The translations under genes were made by a program, and so were the position numbers. Shown here one piece after another: positions 57,621 through 64,000 of a stretch of DNA of 64,000 bases. This DNA is from an uncultured delta proteobacterium (GTDB lineage: Bacteria > Desulfobacterota > Binatia > UBA9968): NCBI GenBank assembly GCA_963745835.1, contig CAVUZH010000022.1, positions 288,001 through 352,000 of the forward strand. The letters run 5' to 3'. The notes under the pieces are model-generated. The model was not told the origin of the DNA and did not search any database. It was given only the letters and a program-made list of their open reading frames with translations. The first letter of the stretch is position 1. Each line of letters begins with the position of its first letter.

Positions 57621-59027
57621 ATGGCAGATCACGTGATTGAAAACGGCAACGAGGTCATCAACCCAGAGCTGATCAAGGGTTGGCTGCTTTGGGGGTTCGT
57701 CTGGGTGCTTTTAGCGCCGACCCTCGGCGTTATCATCTCGACCAAGTTCACCTATCCCGAATTTTTGGAGGGAGTCCCGGCGCTGACGTTCGGCAGGTTA
57801 CGGCCGATTCACGTCAATGGCGTGATCTTCGGGACTTTTTCGACTCTCTTCATCGGGCTTTGCTACTACATTGTGCCCAAGCTGGCGCAGGTCCGGATCT
57901 ACAAAGAGGAATGGGGCTATCCCATGCTTTGGATCTGGAACCTGGCTCTGATCGCCGGCTTCGTCTCGCTCGCTCTGGGATACAATCAAGGCCTTGAAGC
58001 CGCCGAGTTTCCTCTTGTCATCGACATCATCATCTGGATTGCCTTGCTCGCCGTTACAGTCCAATTTCTCGTTACCGTGGCGCGGCGCAAGGAGCCGGGA
58101 CTTTACGTGAGCCTCTGGTATCTGATTGCCGCTCTGGTTTGGATGGATATCAACTGGCCGTTCGGCAACTTTATTATTCCGTACGCGATCCCCGGCATAA
58201 ACAATGCCGCGCTCCATGGTCTCTACATCCATTACATCGTGGGGCTCTGGATCACGCCCGCTGGCTATGTGCTGATCTATTATTTCCTGCCGGCAAGCGT
58301 TAGAAATCCGATCTACAGTCATAAGCTTTCGCTGATCGGCTTCTGGTCTCTCGCGCTCTTTTATCCATTCGTCGGCATTCATCACTATCTATTCAGTCCG
58401 ATCGCCGACTGGGCGGAGACGATTTCGATTATGATGAGCGTTTTGCTGATTTTGCCCGTGTGGACGGTGCTGCAAAATTTTTTCGGCACGATGATTGGGC
58501 GCTGGCAAGGCTTCGCCGGTAATCTCACCGCCAAATTCCTCATCACGGGCGCCCTCATGTACATTATCGGTTGTTTTCAAGGATCGACCGAGGCGCTGCA
58601 GGCCTTGCAGCGGCCCACCCATTTTACCGACTTCGTCATCGCGCACTCACACCTGACGATCTTCGGCACGTTCGTGCTTTGGGCTCTCGCAGGAGTCGTC
58701 TATGTCTGGCCGCGCGTGACCGGCCGCGAGCTCTATAGTTTCCGGATGGCCAACTGGGGCTATTGGCTGATCACCATGGGCATCTCCGCCATGGGTGTGA
58801 TTCTGACAGCACAAGGATTACAGCAAGGTTTCATGCTGATTGCCGGCGCAGAGTGGCTCGACTCGCTTGTCTCCATGCACCCCTTCTGGTGGTTCAGAAC
58901 GTTTTCGGGGATCTCCATGGACGTGGGTATGAGTCTTCTCCTGCTTAGCTTGTTGTGGGGACCGAAGTCGCCGGCGGCGGAATCATCTCTGGCACGCCAC
59001 CCGCAAACCGCGCCTGCGGCCGTTTAG
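57621..59027 (+). CDS. ccoN: cbb3-type (C-family) heme-copper oxidase subunit I, divergent
   Basis: FGRLRPIHVNGVIFG, HYIVG, YYFLP, YSHKL, YPFVGIHH, HFTDFVIAHSH: six His ligands and the helix VII Tyr. Confidence 0.85.
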   Translation: MADHVIENGNEVINPELIKGWLLWGFVWVLLAPTLGVIISTKFTYPEFLEGVPALTFGRLRPIHVNGVIFGTFSTLFIGLCYYIVPKLAQVRIYKEEWGYPMLWIWNLALIAGFVSLALGYNQGLEAAEFPLVIDIIIWIALLAVTVQFLVTVARRKEPGLYVSLWYLIAALVWMDINWPFGNFIIPYAIPGINNAALHGLYIHYIVGLWITPAGYVLIYYFLPASVRNPIYSHKLSLIGFWSLALFYPFVGIHHYLFSPIADWAETISIMMSVLLILPVWTVLQNFFGTMIGRWQGFAGNLTAKFLITGALMYIIGCFQGSTEALQALQRPTHFTDFVIAHSHLTIFGTFVLWALAGVVYVWPRVTGRELYSFRMANWGYWLITMGISAMGVILTAQGLQQGFMLIAGAEWLDSLVSMHPFWWFRTFSGISMDVGMSLLLLSLLWGPKSPAAESSLARHPQTAPAAV

Positions 59028-59040
59028 GAAAGAAAACAGA

Positions 59041-60696
59041 ATGCGATACGCAAAAACAGTAGCTGTCATTGCCGGCTTTGGCTTCATAACCCTGGCGCTT
59101 TTTGTCCAGGGACTTCTCCCCGCCCTGCTCCCGGAATCGCGCTCGGAGACAGTCTCACGGGCGGTCAGGACCCGTCTCACCGAGCTCAAATGGATCGAGT
59201 ACCCGGCTGAGAACTACACGGAGCTGGAGCAATTAGGAAGGCAAGTCTATATTCGAGAAGGCTGTTGGTATTGTCACTCTCAATATATCCGCCCGGTCAC
59301 CGGCGAAGATCAACGCTGGGGGCCGGTTTCCCAGGCGGGAGAATACGCCTTCGATGTGCCCCACCTGTTTAGCACCCGCAGGATCGGACCCGACCTCACT
59401 CGCGTCGGGCTGAAATACAGCGACCACTGGCATTTCGCCCATCACTGGAATCCGCGCTTGGTGGTGCCTGACTCGAACATGCCCTCTTTCCCTTGGCTGT
59501 ACGAGCAGATCACGGTCGGATTGGTGGAAAAAGATGGAAAGCTCGCCTTTAAAGACGATTCCGCGCTGCGCAAGATTTTTACCTTCAAAGAAGGAAGCGA
59601 AATCCAGATCCTGCCCAATATCGATGGGCTCGCTTTCGCTCGGGAGCGCGATGGAGTTCCGGTATTAAACTTCGATCCGTTGCCTGACCCGCCAAAGACA
59701 AAAACAATCACCATCGTCACGCCGACGCGAGAGGCGGAGGGATTGGTCGCTTATATTCAGAAGCTCGGCATGAATCGCGGCCAGTGGCGCGACCTCTTCG
59801 AACCTCAACGGGTTTTTGTCAGCCAGTTCTCCATTCCGGAGTCCCAGGACTGGATAGCTCACGGCAAGGAAGTTTACCTCCGGCGCTGCGTCGGTTGCCA
59901 TGGCGAGAAAGGAGACGGCAACGGTCCGGCAGCGACGTTTCTCAGTCCGCGACCACGCGACTTCAGGGACGCGGTCTTCAAATTTCGCATCACCCCGTCA
60001 GGCGCCCTGCCAACCGAAGGCGATCTTTACCGGACGATTACGCGCGGCATCCGCGGCACGGCGATGCCGCCCTGGCACGAGATTCCGGAAAAACAGCGCC
60101 TGGCGGTGATTCTATTTATCAAGACTTTCTCACCGGCCTGGAAAGACAAAAATTTGAAGGAAGCGCCGGTTAATCTTCCCGATCCTCCCGCGCCCAGCGA
60201 AGAGCTCATCGCTCAGGGCGAGAAACTTTATATCAACGAAGGAAAGTGCTGGAACTGCCATGGCGGTCCCGGGATAAAGGACAACCAACCGTTCAACTAT
60301 CCCTGGGGCCGGGGCCCATCGGCGCCGACTTTGAAAGACGATTGGGGCTTCCCCTTGCTCGCGAGCGATTTCACGACAGGAATATTTAAGTCGGGATCCG
60401 ACGTGACCGATATTTTTCGGACCATGAGCACGGGTCTGAACGGCGCAGCCATGCCGTCTTTCGCTACCAACCTGACCGATGAACAGCGCTGGGCCATCTC
60501 CTACTACGTGCTGAGCCTTTCCGCTTATCTCGATCCGCTGCATCAAAAGAAGCTCCAGATCCCGGAGCAGGTGAAGGCCGCGCTCGACGATCCGAATTTA
60601 AAGACGCCGACATGGCGAGCGGCGTTCGATCCGACAAAAGCGGAAACAGCGGTAGCCGGTGAAAGACCCAAGAACTATCTTAGGATCTCGGAATGA
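59041..60696 (+). CDS. ccoO: CcoO fused to two further cytochrome c domains (triheme)
   Basis: YIREGCWYCHSQYIRP, RRIGPDL, S.MPSF (CcoO), then CVGCH..GTAMP and CWNCH..GAAMP. Confidence 0.85.
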   Translation: MRYAKTVAVIAGFGFITLALFVQGLLPALLPESRSETVSRAVRTRLTELKWIEYPAENYTELEQLGRQVYIREGCWYCHSQYIRPVTGEDQRWGPVSQAGEYAFDVPHLFSTRRIGPDLTRVGLKYSDHWHFAHHWNPRLVVPDSNMPSFPWLYEQITVGLVEKDGKLAFKDDSALRKIFTFKEGSEIQILPNIDGLAFARERDGVPVLNFDPLPDPPKTKTITIVTPTREAEGLVAYIQKLGMNRGQWRDLFEPQRVFVSQFSIPESQDWIAHGKEVYLRRCVGCHGEKGDGNGPAATFLSPRPRDFRDAVFKFRITPSGALPTEGDLYRTITRGIRGTAMPPWHEIPEKQRLAVILFIKTFSPAWKDKNLKEAPVNLPDPPAPSEELIAQGEKLYINEGKCWNCHGGPGIKDNQPFNYPWGRGPSAPTLKDDWGFPLLASDFTTGIFKSGSDVTDIFRTMSTGLNGAAMPSFATNLTDEQRWAISYYVLSLSAYLDPLHQKKLQIPEQVKAALDDPNLKTPTWRAAFDPTKAETAVAGERPKNYLRISE

Positions 60697-60771
60697 GAAA
60701 AGTGAATTTTAGCGCCGAAGAAAATGGTTTCGGCCAACGCCGAAGAGTGACATCCCAATGAGGTCAGAGCC

Positions 60772-60927
60772 ATGCTCGAGCTAATCACGTTGATAGAATT
60801 CATTGTTGCCTTTCTGATGGGACTTGCGGCTTGCTGCTTTCTCTTCTGGGGAATTCTCGATGGCGCCTTCGACAATCTCGAAGATATCAAGCACCGGATT
60901 CTGGAGATTGAAAAAGATGAACCATGA
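60772..60927 (+). CDS. ccoS: cbb3 oxidase maturation protein CcoS (51 aa, below ORF-track cutoff)
   Basis: MLELITLIEFIVAFLMGLAACCFLFWGILDGAFDNLEDIKHRILEIEKDEP; TM followed by W...G.FD.LE. Confidence 0.75.
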   Translation: MLELITLIEFIVAFLMGLAACCFLFWGILDGAFDNLEDIKHRILEIEKDEP

Positions 60928-61246
60928 ACATCGCAGCTCGGACGAGCTTGAACACTACGCCGGTGGCGAGATCCAGGCGCGCCACGGGATCGTCAACAGA
61001 TGGCTGCTGGGACTGTATGCCGTGCTCTTTCTCTGGTCGATTCACTACCTGATTGGGCCGTTCGATGGACTGCGGCCGACGTTTGAATTTTGGGGCTGGG
61101 GAGGGTTAGGGGCGGGATTATCCAGCAAGGGCGCAGAACAAGGAGTCGAAGGACTCCAAGTCATCGGTGTGATCGCCCTTTCGATCGTCATGATTTCGGT
61201 CGCCGGCTTCTTTATTTGGGTTGTGATTCTAGCGCGGAAGAAATAA
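60917..61246 (+). CDS. Small membrane protein resembling the CcoP N-terminal segment
   Basis: HYAGGEIQARHGIVNRWLL.LY..L..W...Y; two TM segments; no heme motif. Confidence 0.55.
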   Translation: MNHEHRSSDELEHYAGGEIQARHGIVNRWLLGLYAVLFLWSIHYLIGPFDGLRPTFEFWGWGGLGAGLSSKGAEQGVEGLQVIGVIALSIVMISVAGFFIWVVILARKK

Positions 61247-61432
61247 TTTGTTCGACGCTGTTTGCCGGTCGACACCGCTCGGGAGAGAAGGCGAACGACC
61301 AGCAATTTGGTCCATGGTAGACCCGTCAAAGTACTCCTGATTAACTTATTAGTTCAAGGGACGTAGCGCCTGATGGAGCTCGCTGAGAAAATCGTTTTGG
61401 CGCTTATCTGGGTTGCATTGGCGCTGCTCGCA

Positions 61433-62392
61433 TCAGATGCGGCCTTCAACCTTTTCAGCGCCGTCACTCAAGGCTCGTTTCGTTGATCGTTTGCGTCGTC
61501 CCTCACCGAGCAGGGCGTTGACCAGAATCAAAATCGCGATCGCATACGTGGTACTCCCCACCGCGAACATGACAATGCCGCCGCCGATTTGATCTTCCTG
61601 GGGCGTCAAACCCCACAGCCGCAGAGCCGTTTGGTAGTGCGGGTAGAGAACTTCGCTCGAAAGCGCGATGACACCGGCTAGGATCGTATCTTGAGTGGCG
61701 GCGAAAAAAAGATAGACGATCGACATTCCGTGTTGGATCGGTGCGGGGTGCGACGCAGGCTGAATCACCGGCCACCAGAATACCAGCGCGGTGAGAAAGA
61801 AAAGCACATGCTCGAGATCGTGGATCCACGGCACACGCAAAGCCGTGTCATAGAGAGCCGGATAATGCCAGGCCCACAGATTGATGACATAGAGGCCCCA
61901 AGCCACGGGCATCCAGCCTAAGATATCGCGTGCCCGGCGTATCGCCGAATGACGAGTCAGAAGATGGCCCGCCCGCAATCGCGAATTCCCACGCAGGCCC
62001 CACAACAGGACGGGAACCGGATTAGCCAGCAGGATAAATGGCGGCGCAACCATGATCAGTAGCTCGTGCTGCACCATATGGGCGATGAGCAAGTAAGAGG
62101 CAAGATCGTCGAGGGGCGACAACAGCGCGGCGCCGATGGCAAGCAAACCGATTTCATAAATAACCAGTTGAGAGAGGTTCGCCACTCCACCGATCTCTCT
62201 TAGGCGAAACCAGCCACGCATATAAAGCGCTGCAAAAATGGCCAAGACCGCAATAACATCCCAGCGCCAATGCCAATCGGTGAGCACCCTATTGCCATCG
62301 GCGATATGGGCGGGAGCCGGCGCGGTCCAGCCCATCAAAAAAAACGTTGCAATGAAAAAGACCGCCCAGTGGGTATCTTCTTGACTGGCCAT
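61433..62392 (-). CDS. Cytochrome c oxidase assembly factor (Caa3_CtaG family)
   Basis: SPLD, AHMVQH.LL..VAPP, WH.P.LY, H.LEH, FWWP, DQ..GG..M. Confidence 0.9.
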   Translation of the reverse strand: MASQEDTHWAVFFIATFFLMGWTAPAPAHIADGNRVLTDWHWRWDVIAVLAIFAALYMRGWFRLREIGGVANLSQLVIYEIGLLAIGAALLSPLDDLASYLLIAHMVQHELLIMVAPPFILLANPVPVLLWGLRGNSRLRAGHLLTRHSAIRRARDILGWMPVAWGLYVINLWAWHYPALYDTALRVPWIHDLEHVLFFLTALVFWWPVIQPASHPAPIQHGMSIVYLFFAATQDTILAGVIALSSEVLYPHYQTALRLWGLTPQEDQIGGGIVMFAVGSTTYAIAILILVNALLGEGRRKRSTKRALSDGAEKVEGRI

Positions 62393-62622
62393 CTACAGAC
62401 TGCGCCGAATCATTTGAATTCATGCATACCACAGAAATGCCGCATGTCAGAAGTTAGAAGTTGTTCGTTCGGCACCTCCGTCCAGAGAACTCATAGCTCG
62501 ATTGTCTCGCACTCATTTGTGCTCAGTCTTAATCGCGACAAAGTGGACGCCGCCATTGCCTGCAACCGATTGCGCGCGGATCGTCTTGGAGTTTCACCCC
62601 GATCCTTGATACAACCAGGACC

Positions 62623-63915
62623 GTGCCATTCTCTGCTCCCGCGAAGCACGCAACCAACGAGTCTAAGTTTTTTTATGGCTGGGTCATTGTCGCCGTCGGC
62701 TTCCTCGCGCACATCGCATCTGCATTTTCGATATCGAGCACGCTGAGCGTTTTTCTTAAACCACTGTCGCAGGACTTAGGAATTTCCCGGGGAGTTTTCT
62801 CCTTGATCCGATCCGGAGAAATACTCGTTGGCGCGGTGGCAGCGCCATTGGTCGGTTCTCTATTGGATCGGCATGGAGCAAGGTGGCTTATAGCCGCAGG
62901 GGGGTTGGTGTCGGGAGCGGGCTTTTTACTGCTGGGTCAGGCGCGGGATTTTTGGCAGTTTGCAATCGTTCGCTGGCTTCTTATCAGCCCAGGCGACATG
63001 CTCATGGGCTCCATGGTCGTGAATGTTTCAATCTCCCAATGGTTCGTGCGCATGCGCGGCCGCGCTCTCGCCCTTGCCGGCATGGGACACGGCTTAGCCA
63101 AAGTCTGTATGCCGTTGCTGGCGGCCTCGCTCATCCTCTACGTCGGCTGGCGCGGCGTATGGGTGGTCTTCGGCGCGCTAACGCTCGCGCTGGTGGTCGG
63201 TCCTTCGTTACTGCTCATGCGGCGGCGCCCGGAAGACATGGGTCTTTTGCCAGATGGCAGATCCACCGGTGAAAGCGACAGCGTGACCGCAGAGCAATCA
63301 AACAAGTTGAAATCGCGACGGCGCCCGGCTGAGGAGGTATTTTGGAGTCGTGGTGAAGCATTACGCACTCGCGCCTTCTGGCTCATTGTCACCACGTTCG
63401 GAGTTGCCCACGTGGGCGTGACCGGCCTCAACCTTCACGTCTTTTCCTATGTCAGCGATCAAGGTCATCCGGATATGGTGGCAGCGCTGGTAATGAGCAT
63501 CATTGCTGTGATGCAGTTTAGTACACCGATGGTCTGGGGAGTGCTCGCCGAACGCGCAAACGTCGCTAGGCTGATCATGGCGAAGTTTTTGATTCAAGCG
63601 TTCGGCATTCTGTTGGCGCTTTCCGATCCCGGAGTTGTTTCCCTCTACGCCGGCTTTTTTCTTTACGGCATCGGCATGGGTGGGACCTCGATCTTGGCGG
63701 AGATGATTTGGGCCAACTACTTCGGGCGCATCTCGCTGGGCCGAATCCGCGGCATGGGCTCCTTGATCACCAGCGCATTTTCCGCCGGCGGCCCGCCGTT
63801 CTTCGGTCTGTTGTTCGACGCCACCCAGAGCTATTCCCTCTCCTTCAGCATCTTCATCGCCATGCTGTTCGCCTCGGCGTTCCTAAGCCTTTTCCTAAGA
63901 GCGCCGGCAAAGTAA
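62623..63915 (+). CDS. Major facilitator superfamily transporter
   Basis: FFYGW.IV, G.LLDRHGAR, WF...RGRA, YFGR..LG.I.G. Confidence 0.92.
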   Translation: MPFSAPAKHATNESKFFYGWVIVAVGFLAHIASAFSISSTLSVFLKPLSQDLGISRGVFSLIRSGEILVGAVAAPLVGSLLDRHGARWLIAAGGLVSGAGFLLLGQARDFWQFAIVRWLLISPGDMLMGSMVVNVSISQWFVRMRGRALALAGMGHGLAKVCMPLLAASLILYVGWRGVWVVFGALTLALVVGPSLLLMRRRPEDMGLLPDGRSTGESDSVTAEQSNKLKSRRRPAEEVFWSRGEALRTRAFWLIVTTFGVAHVGVTGLNLHVFSYVSDQGHPDMVAALVMSIIAVMQFSTPMVWGVLAERANVARLIMAKFLIQAFGILLALSDPGVVSLYAGFFLYGIGMGGTSILAEMIWANYFGRISLGRIRGMGSLITSAFSAGGPPFFGLLFDATQSYSLSFSIFIAMLFASAFLSLFLRAPAK

Positions 63916-64000
63916 CCCTCATTTTTGCTTCGGCTCGCTTACTTGTGCGCGATAGCAATTCTGTCTATCTTTCATGTTTCGGAGCCGCGAACACATGAAG

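Overview
A 64-kb bacterial chromosomal segment. Gene content (several NMT1/TauA-type binding proteins, bicupin, D-aminoacylase-type amidohydrolase) suggests a deltaproteobacterial lineage such as Candidatus Binatia; this is inference only. No rRNA, intact tRNA, CRISPR array or transposase was seen. Layout: (i) 0-3.8 kb, three type II toxin-antitoxin loci, two decayed; (ii) 3.9-20 kb, housekeeping and catabolic genes (corA, pilin, bicupin plus two tandem heme-oxygenase-like diiron enzymes, gloB, msrB, yajQ); (iii) 20-38 kb, a stress/dormancy region (otsA-otsB fusion, CarD, ferritin-like pair, BON protein, three sigma54-like promoters) with a ligase-less NHEJ module (Ku, MerR-TPR, LigD-Pol, a PolX lacking its catalytic aspartates); (iv) 38-51 kb, nadE, OCD-like, tenA, and a BzdR/BoxR-like regulator with a lone PaaA-like diiron subunit; (v) 51-62 kb, the most notable locus. 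There an ECF sigma and a CxxCH-bearing anti-sigma sit divergent from a gene cluster encoding a cupredoxin-like protein, a Tat metallophosphoesterase, a TsdA/SoxA-like cytochrome, a SoxY-SoxZ fusion with a superoxide-reductase-type His4Cys motif set, a pentaheme cytochrome with an in-frame UGA followed by a SECIS-like hairpin (probable selenoprotein, split in the ORF track), and a divergent cbb3-type oxidase. This looks like a non-canonical Sox-like periplasmic sulfur-redox system. Two families of non-autonomous inverted-repeat elements (3 and 4 copies) occur, one showing compensatory base changes. Several single-base frameshifts could be real decay or assembly error.
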